Numbered from the stretch's first letter, positions 38,525 through 48,974 are shown. The stretch is 64,000 nucleotides of DNA from an uncultured Oscillospiraceae bacterium (GCA_964652975.1 CAZZCN010000006.1:4099-68098), one strand, 5' to 3'. The notes: generated from the letters alone by a model not told the origin. A program made the numbers and translations.

Positions 38525-39256
38525 ATGAAGAATTTTTTAAAAATAGTTTATGGTTTTTTGATGTTGCTGCTAATCTGGACGGTACTTCATTTTGCTGTTC
38601 AATCGGCTGTTATTCCTTCACCGTTTATAACGATTTCTTTTTTTCTATCAAGTTTTTTCAGTGTGATATCATCTCATCTGGCTGCTAGTCTTCTTAGAAT
38701 AATTGTTGCAATATTGCTCTCACTTGTTATTGGACTGCCTCTAGGGATTGTCATGGGTATGAGCAAAATAGGCGATTTGATATTAAGTCCGATTGTTTAT
38801 CTATCATACCCGATTCCTAAAATAGCCTTTTTGCCAGTATTTATGATATTGTTCGGAATAGGAGATTCCTCCAAGATTTTATTGATATTTACAATTATAG
38901 TTTTTCAGATTGCAATCGGTTCACGTGACGGTATAAAGGAAATACCGAGGGAGGTCCACCTCTCCGCCAGGTCACTTGGTCTTGGCTTCTCAAGGCGAAT
39001 GATCGATGTTATTTTACCTGGATTGCTGCCTAGAGTTCTTTCTTCGCTTAGAATAAGCAGCGGCATAGCCATTTCAGCCCTTTTCTTAAGCGAAAACTAC
39101 GCCACCACATATGGAATAGGTTACTATATAATGAACAACTGGATAATGGTGGATTACACAGCTATGTTTGCCGGAATTATCGGATTAAGCCTCATGGGAC
39201 TTTTGATTTTTAAGCTAATCGACGTAGCACAACGCAGACTTTGCCCCTGGTTATGA
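38525..39256 (+). CDS. ABC transporter permease (NitT/TauT family)
   Basis: 243 aa with 6 TM helices and an EAA-like loop (GSRDGIKEIPREVHLSARSLG). Confidence 0.9.
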   Translation: MKNFLKIVYGFLMLLLIWTVLHFAVQSAVIPSPFITISFFLSSFFSVISSHLAASLLRIIVAILLSLVIGLPLGIVMGMSKIGDLILSPIVYLSYPIPKIAFLPVFMILFGIGDSSKILLIFTIIVFQIAIGSRDGIKEIPREVHLSARSLGLGFSRRMIDVILPGLLPRVLSSLRISSGIAISALFLSENYATTYGIGYYIMNNWIMVDYTAMFAGIIGLSLMGLLIFKLIDVAQRRLCPWL

Positions 39257-39258
39257 GG

Positions 39259-39996
39259 TTAGTTCTCCGGCTTACTGAATCGCTTGAAAAGTATACTGTT
39301 TTCCTTGTGGATGTGCGTGAAAATATTTTTCTCGAGAGCCTCAAGTTCTTCATATGCTCTAACGTATGTGAGGCATGCACCTGCAGGTGGTGAAAAATCC
39401 CGTGTCACCTTCTGGATGCTTTTCAAGATGTCTCCTGCTGCATCGTGCTCATTCTCGGTGGATTCAATATAGTCAGTTATTGCATCGAAAAGCTTCGGAG
39501 ACTTTGTGTTTTCGTATTCAAGCATCGCAGGAAAAAGCTGCTCTTCTTCTTTGATGAGATGTTCTTCAAGCTCTGTCTTAAGCAGTCCGAATAGATGATG
39601 GACCTCCAGTAATTCTTCGCTGTGTGAAGCAAAATGCACTTTCAGAATTTTAAATACCAATGCGTCGATTTCATGTAAAGCCTCTTTTGTGTAGACATGG
39701 TGTGTATCCAAAATATGATTAATCAGGTCTTCATTTGAAAACTCATCATAATTCACTGTATCCTCGGAACTAAGGGAACCACTTGCTCCAGTCAAAAATT
39801 CTTCGTAAGCATTTTTCAGCTCTTTCATAACTGCTGCAGGACTGACTCCCGCCTTTGATGCTGCAGTATTCAATGTATCATCGCCGGCACAGCAATAATC
39901 AATTTTAAACTTATTAAAAACATCTGCTGACTTAGGAAAAAGTGTAACCATGCTTCCGACTGTGTTTTCTATTTCGAATATTTTATTCTCTTCCAT
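39259..39996 (-). CDS. Iron-sulfur cluster repair di-iron protein (RIC / ScdA / YtfE family)
   Basis: 245 aa. It has an N-terminal ScdA_N motif (FNKFKIDYCCAGDDTL) and a hemerythrin-like C-terminal domain with H...H...E...H...H...E ligand spacing (HHVYTKE, HFASHSEE, EEHLIKEE, ENEHDAAG, HIHKEN). Confidence 0.9.
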   Translation of the reverse strand: MEENKIFEIENTVGSMVTLFPKSADVFNKFKIDYCCAGDDTLNTAASKAGVSPAAVMKELKNAYEEFLTGASGSLSSEDTVNYDEFSNEDLINHILDTHHVYTKEALHEIDALVFKILKVHFASHSEELLEVHHLFGLLKTELEEHLIKEEEQLFPAMLEYENTKSPKLFDAITDYIESTENEHDAAGDILKSIQKVTRDFSPPAGACLTYVRAYEELEALEKNIFTHIHKENSILFKRFSKPEN

Positions 39997-40111
39997 ATCA
40001 TTACCACCTCTCGTGTCTTGTTTGAATATTTTTGTTTTTCAAAAAATTCAATCCCTTTTTTTGACTGGCTTTTTGTAGCCAACCATATCTATATTATAAA
40101 GAGGTTCTCGA

Positions 40112-40143
40112 ATTAATTACGTGATATATATCACGCAATTAAT
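40112..40143. promoter_or_regulatory. 32-bp near-perfect palindrome with a GTGA-N6-TCAC core, candidate CRP/FNR-type operator upstream of the RIC gene
   Basis: ATTAATTACGTGATAT|ATATCACGCAATTAAT has one mismatch between its arms. It lies about 115 nt upstream of ATG 39996. Confidence 0.5.
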
Positions 40144-40270
40144 ATATGAAAGTCAAAAGTAGCGAAAGGATATGTTATTAGTATGAAATGTTCTACTTTA
40201 GAAGTTTCGAAATTTGCCAAATTGTTTTTGCAAATATTTAGATCTGCCGATTTTATGACCTTATAAGCAT

Positions 40271-42019
40271 TTATTCAAAAAATATAGGCGATGACCAGGC
40301 ACTCTCCATATCGACCTGCAATACCCTAATATAGTAATTAACCTTAACTCCATGCCCATAATTTTCGTCGGTAAAAGAAAACTCATATTTCCAAAGATTA
40401 TTACAAGCCTCAGTATGAATTATTTTGCCATTTTTGATTATTCTGATGCAAACTATTGAATTTGTTCCTTCGCATCTTATAAACAACTGAGGCTTAGTGT
40501 TTGTTTTTGTGATGATTTGCCCCATTTCAAAGCCATTAGCTTTGAAATCAAGAATAATTGGCGCCCCTGTAGTTCCATAGCACCTTCGGTTTTTAATTGC
40601 TTCATAAATCTTTTCTCTTGATAATTCATCACTAAGTACGGCTGTCAAACCACTTCCGCAGAAATGAAACTGATGTGGGTGCTTCGGATAGGGTGATTGT
40701 GCATTTCCCGGATGCCCATCGTGTCCATCTGCTGAAGCCACAATCCCAAGTTTAAGATTTTTCTCAAAGATATTGCTGACCCACAGACTGTCATGCCTAT
40801 CCGATACGCCTCTCGGAAAATCCCCCCAATATTCCGATGAGCCCCATACCGAATAGACTTCACAGCATACATCCTTGCCTTCAATCAGCTCGATATTACA
40901 AGGGTGCGAAGCACTTGATGAATGATGTGGAATAGAAAAGCATTCAAATCCCTCTAAACGCCGAAACAACTCCTTCGGTTCTACTGCATTTCCATTTTCA
41001 TACCAGTGAACAGCCTTTGCATCGTTTTTAAAATAAATATTTCTATGCCCATAAAAAAGCGATGTATGCTCAAATGCTTTGATACAAACAAATTCCCCAT
41101 CCTTGTTATATTGATCCGCCAACTCAAAATACTCTTTTTCATAATGAGGAATAATTTGCCTCTCGTGGTCTGTCAAGGCATAAAAGTGAAGCCCCCCCGC
41201 CCCCTTTGCATACCTGTAATTATCCTCCATGCTGCCCATTCCGCAACCCGTATTATCTGCCTTATCCCAAAGTTGTCCTGAATGGGTGTGAATGTCACCA
41301 AAATATACATTATACTTCCCCGACTGTCTTATGTTTCTGTTACTGAGTATCAAAGCCGCTTCTCTCAGATTAGCCTGTTCAATTATGCCGGGACAATCAG
41401 ACAGATAAAAATATCTCTTGCTTTCATATTCGCATATCGCTTCTATTTTAATTGTTGCCCGGTTTCCGTATGTCAATATATCGGATTTAACCTTTAGAAG
41501 TCCGATTCCGAAAGCTGCTTGGCTTTCATCCTTTATCAGTTCAGAAAGCTGCATGCCTGTAAATGCAGGAGCCGTCTCACAACGTCTCATTGAAAAAACA
41601 AATTCACTTTGGGTGCCTTTCCAATAAAAAGAATAATTTACATTCCTTATCGACAGACAAAATACATCGTTAACATAAATATTGAATAATCCTGATGGTT
41701 GAGGAATCAAGGAACCATTTCCAAAGCCCATCGAGAAAATAAAAACAGTAAACTCTTCTCCTTGTAAACCAACAGCATCGCTTTCATAAACAAGCGGTTT
41801 TTTTGCGTTTAAATCAATTAAATACTCTGCCTTATTATGTGTTTCCATAAAGCCGGCTATACGGTTTTCTCCCTTTTTGCCGTCCCCCATATCTATTACA
41901 GCACGAAATCCATCCACTAAAAGAGCATTGGTTTCTTCCTTGAACTTTTGAATTATACCTACCCTGGTTACTCTTGCACCTTTTTCATCAAATGGATATG
42001 TATCTTCTAAAAAAGCCAT
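40271..42019 (-). CDS. DUF3604-like / PHP-type metallohydrolase with an extra N-terminal domain
   Basis: 582 aa: YFGDIHTHSG...YALTDHE...SIPHHSS...ASADGHDGHPG...RRCYGTTGAPIILDF. The His/Asp metal-ligand pattern and the RRxYATTG-like block resemble DUF3604 (from memory). Confidence 0.55.
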   Translation of the reverse strand: MAFLEDTYPFDEKGARVTRVGIIQKFKEETNALLVDGFRAVIDMGDGKKGENRIAGFMETHNKAEYLIDLNAKKPLVYESDAVGLQGEEFTVFIFSMGFGNGSLIPQPSGLFNIYVNDVFCLSIRNVNYSFYWKGTQSEFVFSMRRCETAPAFTGMQLSELIKDESQAAFGIGLLKVKSDILTYGNRATIKIEAICEYESKRYFYLSDCPGIIEQANLREAALILSNRNIRQSGKYNVYFGDIHTHSGQLWDKADNTGCGMGSMEDNYRYAKGAGGLHFYALTDHERQIIPHYEKEYFELADQYNKDGEFVCIKAFEHTSLFYGHRNIYFKNDAKAVHWYENGNAVEPKELFRRLEGFECFSIPHHSSSASHPCNIELIEGKDVCCEVYSVWGSSEYWGDFPRGVSDRHDSLWVSNIFEKNLKLGIVASADGHDGHPGNAQSPYPKHPHQFHFCGSGLTAVLSDELSREKIYEAIKNRRCYGTTGAPIILDFKANGFEMGQIITKTNTKPQLFIRCEGTNSIVCIRIIKNGKIIHTEACNNLWKYEFSFTDENYGHGVKVNYYIRVLQVDMESAWSSPIFFE

Positions 42020-42066
42020 CTAAAATCCTCCTCTTTCTGTTGTTATATATTTTATGGTTTATGATA

Positions 42067-44982
42067 TCAGAACAATTCAATTTCCTTAACTCCAAAATTG
42101 ACAAAAGAATAGTCATCCGAATATCTCGGACTTTTTGCATTTTCCCAGGTTCCGAATAAATCAAAAAGTCTAGGGTTAACAATATGTGGCTCTGGATCGT
42201 CTTTTATATGATGCGGACCAAAAATATTTCTGTTACTGTTGGTTATGCGGATTTTTAAAATATTTTTACCGTTTTTCAAGTGTTTGCTTAGATCGCATTC
42301 GTTTTGGAACATAAGCTTTGCGGCAAACCTTTCATTTATAAATATTTCTGCCACTGCAAAGCGACCTTTCAACTTTAACCTGTAATCAGTTCTTTCAACA
42401 AAAATTTCTTTTTCAAAGGTAAAATCACCCGCAAAAAACGGATAGCCCTGCTGCGTAATCTTGGCTACATCAATTTTAGTTTGCGATTTAACAATAGAAA
42501 AATCACCATTTGCAATGCTTGTGTTTTTTATTGCATTCCTATAGCCATCTTCGGAGTAAATACAAAAATCCCCCAAAATATAAATTGCTTCAATATCTGT
42601 ATCATAGCTTAAACAATTCTTTAAGCTTTCAGTTCTATCTCCACCTGTTTCAAACAATACAAATTTTACATGCTCGCTTTGATAGTAATTAATTTCAAAT
42701 ACAATTTCATTTAATCCTGTTTTTACAAGCTGCTTAATGTCTTTTCTTACAAAGTTGTTATCAAGAGTTCCTTTTTTGGTAATTTGAATTTGCTTACCAT
42801 TAAACCAAATGTTTTCAGCTCCCGTTTTTTCCGTTTCCACGAAAATCGTGTTGGGAATTTCCTTTACAGTAAAGCAATATTTAAGAAAAATTGTTCTATT
42901 TTTTCGTTCTCTTAAAAGTCTGTCCGAAATTGCCATAACCGGCATTTTTTCTTCGAATACAACATTATCATAGGAAAGACAAGCATAGTCAATAGTCAAA
43001 GCATTTTGAGTTGTACTGACAATTCTTGCGTTGGTGTCAAGACTAAAAGATGTGTTTTGCCTTTTTTCTGCACTAACCGCTTCGGCTTGATTTTTTATCA
43101 TTATCACATAAGACTGACCTGCTTTAAAATGCAAGGGTATCCGAATACCATTGTATGCCATTTCAAAATATAAAGGTTTCTCTTTTCTTTCTTCTAAATC
43201 GAAAAGAACCGCACCCTTCGCCTTTACATGATAGTCTACTGTATATTCTTTTTCGTCTGATATATTGACAGCATAGATAAAATCACCAAAATCTGCGCTC
43301 CTGTATGTGGAACGAATATCAGTGTTTATATCGCTGATACAAACATCATCATTTTGCATTTCTTCAAAGGTTGTATTGGAAGCCAAAAAATCAATGTCTG
43401 TTTTTTTGCCGTCAACAAACTCTGGTCTTTCCCCAGCCAACCAAATTTTACCGCCATTTGATATGTATTGCTTTAAAAGATTAACAGTGCTGCTGTCAAG
43501 ATTTTTCATTTTGGGTATTATAACATATTCATACTCGCACAAGCCCATTACAAGCCTGCTTTCGTTTACACTGCCGTGCTTTTCAAGCAATAGCTCATCA
43601 ATATAGTGATGTCCTATATTTGCCATACCAATTTTTTCAATCAATTGAGAAAAGTCTGTTTCTAAATCTTTAACCGAAAAATAATCGTCTTTGCGGTTAT
43701 AATTAAGATAAACCGAGTGCATTGGATGAATGATAGCAACCTTAACATTCTCCTTGCTATTTGATAACATAAAACTTAAGGCTGTAAAATAATCATTAAA
43801 ATATTTAAAATCTTTTATCCACGGGGTTTGTTCTCCAAAAAAGACGGGGTAATCCCTTTTTCTTTGTCCTCTAATGGAATAGGGATAAAGATGCTGACAA
43901 ATTAGGTTAACCCCGTTAACAAACTGAAATTCAGCAATTCGTTTCAATTCATTCGGTGTTACATCCCAACCGGTGCAACCAAAGGTTTCGGTCATAACCT
44001 GTTTTTTTCCAAGCTGCTCAGCAACCGACCCTATTTGTTTTGCAGACAGTTCGCTCCCTATTCCTCTACCAAGCCAATCAATTCCTGGCACGTGCAAATA
44101 CTCATAAATTGGCATAACTCCTGCGCAGCACCACATTTGGGCATATAACGCACTTTCTTCAGCTCCATGACCTGTGAGCTTGCAACCATGCTCCTCACAC
44201 CAATCAAAAATCTGTTTTGCAAACGCTTCAACAAATAGCTTGTTCATGAGTCTCCAATATTTAAACCGAAACTCATACGCTTGTTCACAGTCCACAAATA
44301 AAGAACCTAAGGTATCCAAAATCTCCTGCCCGTATTCCTTTTTAAATTCCTGTAACAAGACTGGCGTATAAGCTGTATCCCATCTATAATATTGTGGCTC
44401 GTCGGTAAAAAAACCAATCATGTTTTTGCCAAAATCATCTTGAAAACGGTTAAAATATTTCTCATGGGTTTCGTCAATAAATTTGCGAACTACTTCTTTA
44501 TTGAGAATATCCACAAACGCAGAATTGGTCTCATCATAAAGACAGATATATTCTTTTACTCCATTATCGGCGTCAGTTAAGCGAATAATCCGATTGTTAT
44601 CTATCTTATAGACAGCTAAGGCCAAATCATCAAAGTGATCCTTAATTTCATATGTTAAATAATGAACCCAGTTGGCACTGTCCTTTAAAAGCTTCATTCC
44701 TGCAAAACCGCTTGGCCAGCCATTTTCATCATAGCACCAAGCATTCATATTTTGCTTGTTTGCTTCATCAATACAAACCTTCGTTGCATCCATCCATTCA
44801 TCACTTAAATACTCCGTTTGAAGTCCACCACGGGCATGCATAATAAAGCCGCCAATACCCGATTGCTTCATATGGGAAATTTGGCGAATTAATTCTCCCT
44901 CCTCCAATTTGTCGTTCCAGCTCCAAAACGGAACGCACTGGTAATCCTTCAAATCCTGCTTCAATAATTGATCTAACCTCAT
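42067..44982 (-). CDS. Large glycoside-hydrolase-like protein (family not assignable by eye)
   Basis: 971 aa and cytoplasmic (no signal peptide). N-terminus: VPFWSWNDKLEEGELIRQISHMKQSGIGGFIMHARGGLQTEYLSDEW. The C-terminal sugar-binding-like module reads FINERFAAKLMFQNECDLSKHLKNGKNILKIRITNSNRNIFGP. Confidence 0.55.
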   Translation of the reverse strand: MRLDQLLKQDLKDYQCVPFWSWNDKLEEGELIRQISHMKQSGIGGFIMHARGGLQTEYLSDEWMDATKVCIDEANKQNMNAWCYDENGWPSGFAGMKLLKDSANWVHYLTYEIKDHFDDLALAVYKIDNNRIIRLTDADNGVKEYICLYDETNSAFVDILNKEVVRKFIDETHEKYFNRFQDDFGKNMIGFFTDEPQYYRWDTAYTPVLLQEFKKEYGQEILDTLGSLFVDCEQAYEFRFKYWRLMNKLFVEAFAKQIFDWCEEHGCKLTGHGAEESALYAQMWCCAGVMPIYEYLHVPGIDWLGRGIGSELSAKQIGSVAEQLGKKQVMTETFGCTGWDVTPNELKRIAEFQFVNGVNLICQHLYPYSIRGQRKRDYPVFFGEQTPWIKDFKYFNDYFTALSFMLSNSKENVKVAIIHPMHSVYLNYNRKDDYFSVKDLETDFSQLIEKIGMANIGHHYIDELLLEKHGSVNESRLVMGLCEYEYVIIPKMKNLDSSTVNLLKQYISNGGKIWLAGERPEFVDGKKTDIDFLASNTTFEEMQNDDVCISDINTDIRSTYRSADFGDFIYAVNISDEKEYTVDYHVKAKGAVLFDLEERKEKPLYFEMAYNGIRIPLHFKAGQSYVIMIKNQAEAVSAEKRQNTSFSLDTNARIVSTTQNALTIDYACLSYDNVVFEEKMPVMAISDRLLRERKNRTIFLKYCFTVKEIPNTIFVETEKTGAENIWFNGKQIQITKKGTLDNNFVRKDIKQLVKTGLNEIVFEINYYQSEHVKFVLFETGGDRTESLKNCLSYDTDIEAIYILGDFCIYSEDGYRNAIKNTSIANGDFSIVKSQTKIDVAKITQQGYPFFAGDFTFEKEIFVERTDYRLKLKGRFAVAEIFINERFAAKLMFQNECDLSKHLKNGKNILKIRITNSNRNIFGPHHIKDDPEPHIVNPRLFDLFGTWENAKSPRYSDDYSFVNFGVKEIELF

Positions 44983-45140
44983 ACTTACTCCTTCAACATA
45001 TATTTCATAATGATTTTTTGTACAAAATTGCCTTTCTTGTTCTTTTGACCTTGTTTAAAATTTAAATTCGTTGTAATTTTGAATACCCTTTTAAAATGAT
45101 GATTAATATTATATAATAATGTATAATTATATGTAAATAA

Positions 45141-45152
45141 TAAAACGTTTTA
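45141..45152. promoter_or_regulatory. CG-centred 12-bp palindrome, candidate LacI-family operator
   Basis: TAAAACGTTTTA lies 22 nt upstream of the lacI-family ATG (45174). A second palindrome, TTTTGTACAAAA, sits at 45016..45027 nearer the divergent GH gene. Confidence 0.4.
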
Positions 45153-45173
45153 AAATCCTTTAAGAGGTGTACT

Positions 45174-46208
45174 ATGCCAAATATTAAAATGATAGCAAGT
45201 CTAGCAAATGTTTCTCCCGGTACGGTTTCCAATGTTTTCACACACAAGAGGGCGGTAAGCGAAGCAAAAAGAAATCGCGTGTTGGAGGTATGCAAAAAAC
45301 TTAATTACATGCCAAGTGTCTTAGCGTCCAGCATGATAACCAAACAAACCAATTTTCTAGGATTTTTCCTTAAAACAAACGACGGTACTTATGACAATCT
45401 GGAAAGCGACATGATCAGGGGCGCATCCATGGCAGCTTTAAAACATTTCAAAAATATAATATTGTATCCTGATTTTCTTGATATCTATGACCCTAACACG
45501 GTTCTTAGAACCGGTTGTCAACCTATCGACGGAGCCATCATAACCTTGCCCAAATTAAACGACAAAAGAATCGATGTGTTTTCAACCAATACAATACCTT
45601 ATGTAATCATCGGCACCCCCTTTCAGAAAAACACTCATCCTTATTATATAGACATCGATAATGAAAACATATCCTATAAGCTTACCGAACATCTTATTAA
45701 AAACGGTCACAAGAGCATAGTAATGATTAATTACGAAAAGGGCTTCACCGTTACCAAGCTTCGTAATGACGGATATGTAAAGGCTTATGCCGATGCAAAC
45801 CTCCCACTTAATCAAAAACTGATTTTCAATGTAGGCATTTCAGAGAGAGACGGAGCTGCATGCATAGATAAACTGATCAGGACAAAAACCTTTTTTTCTG
45901 CTGTGATTGTAAGTATGTCCAATGTTGCAAAAGGAGTCTATAAAACTTTAAAAAATTACAATTTGATCGTTGGGGAAGATATTTCTGTAGCATCCTTTAA
46001 TCTTGATTTTTTTGAACTGAGCCCTCCTTTGACCACTAGCGTGGTGGATTATTGTAAAATCGGAGAAACGGCTGTTGATTTGCTTCAAAGTATAATAAAA
46101 AGCGAAGAAGTAATTACCACAGGTGTTATACAGGAAAACTCATTTGATTTTACCGAATCATGCCAGCCGTTCAATCCAAAGCTTTATGAGAAATTCTGTT
46201 TGTTGTAG
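45174..46208 (+). CDS. LacI family transcriptional regulator
   Basis: 344 aa. N-terminal HTH: IKMIASLANVSPGTVSNVFTHKRAVSEAKRNRVLEVCKKLNYMPS. The C-terminal domain is PBP-like. Confidence 0.9.
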   Translation: MPNIKMIASLANVSPGTVSNVFTHKRAVSEAKRNRVLEVCKKLNYMPSVLASSMITKQTNFLGFFLKTNDGTYDNLESDMIRGASMAALKHFKNIILYPDFLDIYDPNTVLRTGCQPIDGAIITLPKLNDKRIDVFSTNTIPYVIIGTPFQKNTHPYYIDIDNENISYKLTEHLIKNGHKSIVMINYEKGFTVTKLRNDGYVKAYADANLPLNQKLIFNVGISERDGAACIDKLIRTKTFFSAVIVSMSNVAKGVYKTLKNYNLIVGEDISVASFNLDFFELSPPLTTSVVDYCKIGETAVDLLQSIIKSEEVITTGVIQENSFDFTESCQPFNPKLYEKFCLL

Positions 46209-46278
46209 CGCTCTATAGCTCATCAATGTGTTTGTTTTTTTCATCTGTCATGGATATCCCTGTTTATATCGAAATCTG

Positions 46279-48945
46279 TTATTTAAACTTGATTTTCATT
46301 GTGGTTATACCAAAGGCTTTCGCTTTAATAGAAGTATCATCCCGGCGGTCATCTACACGTTTTTCATTAAAGTCAACCAGGTCGATATAATCAATTTCTT
46401 TAACAGATGAAACGGATATATTTCTTTCCTCCTGTGAATTCCAAAATCTGAATATTATGCTATCACCGTCGTCTGAAGGCACCAGGCAGGAATTATAAAA
46501 TGCTGTTTCATCACTGATTGTAATCAATGAAGTCTCGGTTGGAAGACTGCCACTGTGTATTATATCACCTTCTACAACCAACGGCGAACGATAATCGGCT
46601 GATTTGTCAATCAGACAACCCTTCCTGTAATCACCCTCATGTACAACAATTGCATAATCAAATTCGAATTTTCCGATGCACTGAGCTTTTGGTGTAGGAT
46701 AATCAGCTCCTGCAGGATAGCCGATATAACCTGCAGCCCTTAGCAGTGAAATGTCAAGCTGTATGCCGTCATCATTTTCAATGGCTTCGTAAGCAGGCAA
46801 CCCTTTGGTTATAATTCCAAGGCCTCGTTTTTCGTCCGTAATATCAACAAAATATTCAAATGGTACATCACACCAGGTCTTTTGAGAAACCGCTACAGGT
46901 CTTTTAATCACATTGAAATGGTCATAGGCATAAGAAAATTTGGTTTTTAGTCCTGTGTCAAAAGCAAGTCTCAGAAAATGATTTTCACAGTTATTCTCTA
47001 TTTCAATGTGCATTTCAAGCCGGTCAACATTTGAATAAAGTGTTGCATGTTGTACTATGCGAATAACATCTTTATCTTCTGATCGGCTTGTGTTTGTTGA
47101 GGTTTTAGGCAGCACCCAGTCAAATTTTGCCTTATAAGTAATTTTATAAGCGGTTTTTTCTTCAAGCATCCAACAGGTATTACAGCTCTTGCTGTCATAT
47201 ATGTCATTTGTTTCAAAACTGGCATGGTTATAAAGACCTCCTGTTTCCGCTCTGTCAACGAAGTAATTTTGTCCGTAATAAGTATGTGATGCGGTTTTAT
47301 CAGTAATATTCATTGTTCCGTTGGTGTTCAAAACCACCTTTAATTTACTGTTCTCCATTCCATGGTCGAAAACACATAAATCAGTATCTCTTCTGTTTCC
47401 AATTTTGAGACTTGATTTATGAACAAACCAGTAGGTTTTATATCCTATGGCCGGTATATTTTCCGCATTAAACTCAACATCCAATACAGTAAATATCTGG
47501 TCATCAGGTTTTTCTGCAATTTCACATTTTGAACGGATGGCTGCAAGTTGAGAATTCATCATATAAACGCTTTCAAGATCTTTGTTTTTTCTGACAACCA
47601 GTTTTATTTTTGCAGATACTTCGTTTCTGTTCTGGTCAACCAGTACATAATCAGCCGGGTCAAAACGTTTAGGAATGCATGCAAGCGATTTTACGACCTT
47701 GGATGTTTTGTGCCCCAGAGGATTAATTACCGTAAGGCAGGCACCCGCATCTTTCATGATATTATTATCGATCCTGCCGGCCAGTGTTCTAACGGCATCC
47801 TTTAAAATATAGCTTCCGGTATCCTTAATATAGTGGTATCTTGTCATTATATCCTCATAGACTCGGTCTATGCTGCATCCACATATTGAATCATGGGCAT
47901 GATTGGCGATCAATAGTTTCCAAAGTTTGTCCATCAACCCCTTTGGATATTTAAAGCCCGCAAGCTTGGATGTGATGGTCAATGTCGGTTCTAAAACTCT
48001 TTGTAACAGCATTTCACATTCATCGTTAATTTGTTTCAGAGCCATATGTGAAGAGAGCGTGCCGGCGAGGTCTGCCGTCTGTAAATTCTGCCCACGCATT
48101 TCACCTTTATAATCAGGGAGAATGATGTTTTGTGCCCCAACCGCTTTCAAATATTCCTCAGGAGTAGTTAAAATCAGTTCAAATTCTTCTTGGTTTGCGT
48201 TTATATAATTTATTATTTTTGTCAAATTGGCTTTCGGCTCCATATGGTCAACCCCTACACCAAAAAACAAATTATCGGTTGCTGCATACGCATGCTGTGC
48301 CTTTGCAACCTCCACAAACTGTTTTGTAATCTGTGCGTAATCTATCTCCGGGAGATTAAAAATATCACTCCATATGTTGCTGTAAGCCAGAAACAAGCCT
48401 CCTGCATAACCGTGATTTGAGGCGATTACCGAGGAATTATCGTCGGTTTTCCAGTTCAATTCAAAATGCTTTAAATGCTCATTAAAGCCCGGCATTCCTC
48501 TGCCAAAAACTGCATATTTTATACCAAATCCATTTAAAAACATTGGCAGGCTGGCTATGCTGCCAAAGGAATCGGGAACATAACCTAACTGCATAGGTCT
48601 GCCCCCCAGCTTTTTAACAATTGACACACCGTATTGTATATTACGAATGGTTGACTCTGCATTCTCCAGGAATTGGTCTGCCAGAACATACCATGGCCCG
48701 GCAACAAGCTGACCGTTCTGGAGAAAATGAGAAATTTTATCCCTGTTCTCAGGTTTGATTTCTAAATAGTCCTCAAGGGCTATCACCTGTCCATCTATCA
48801 GAAAATGATAGTTTGGGTCATTTTCTAAAATATCCAATAAATTGTCCATTAGATTGACTAGTCTCACCTGATACTGTCCCTGTGTCATAACCCATTCCCT
48901 GTCCCAATGCGTCTCGGATGTAATAAATGCTTTAATCTTTTTCAT
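46279..48945 (-). CDS. GH38 alpha-mannosidase
   Basis: 888 aa: ITSETHWDREW...LIDGQVIALEDYLEI...GQLVAGPWYVLADQFL...HDSICGCS. These are typical GH38 N-terminal catalytic motifs. Confidence 0.9.
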   Translation of the reverse strand: MKKIKAFITSETHWDREWVMTQGQYQVRLVNLMDNLLDILENDPNYHFLIDGQVIALEDYLEIKPENRDKISHFLQNGQLVAGPWYVLADQFLENAESTIRNIQYGVSIVKKLGGRPMQLGYVPDSFGSIASLPMFLNGFGIKYAVFGRGMPGFNEHLKHFELNWKTDDNSSVIASNHGYAGGLFLAYSNIWSDIFNLPEIDYAQITKQFVEVAKAQHAYAATDNLFFGVGVDHMEPKANLTKIINYINANQEEFELILTTPEEYLKAVGAQNIILPDYKGEMRGQNLQTADLAGTLSSHMALKQINDECEMLLQRVLEPTLTITSKLAGFKYPKGLMDKLWKLLIANHAHDSICGCSIDRVYEDIMTRYHYIKDTGSYILKDAVRTLAGRIDNNIMKDAGACLTVINPLGHKTSKVVKSLACIPKRFDPADYVLVDQNRNEVSAKIKLVVRKNKDLESVYMMNSQLAAIRSKCEIAEKPDDQIFTVLDVEFNAENIPAIGYKTYWFVHKSSLKIGNRRDTDLCVFDHGMENSKLKVVLNTNGTMNITDKTASHTYYGQNYFVDRAETGGLYNHASFETNDIYDSKSCNTCWMLEEKTAYKITYKAKFDWVLPKTSTNTSRSEDKDVIRIVQHATLYSNVDRLEMHIEIENNCENHFLRLAFDTGLKTKFSYAYDHFNVIKRPVAVSQKTWCDVPFEYFVDITDEKRGLGIITKGLPAYEAIENDDGIQLDISLLRAAGYIGYPAGADYPTPKAQCIGKFEFDYAIVVHEGDYRKGCLIDKSADYRSPLVVEGDIIHSGSLPTETSLITISDETAFYNSCLVPSDDGDSIIFRFWNSQEERNISVSSVKEIDYIDLVDFNEKRVDDRRDDTSIKAKAFGITTMKIKFK

Positions 48946-48974
48946 TAATATCGCTCCCTTTTTTATATTAAAAT

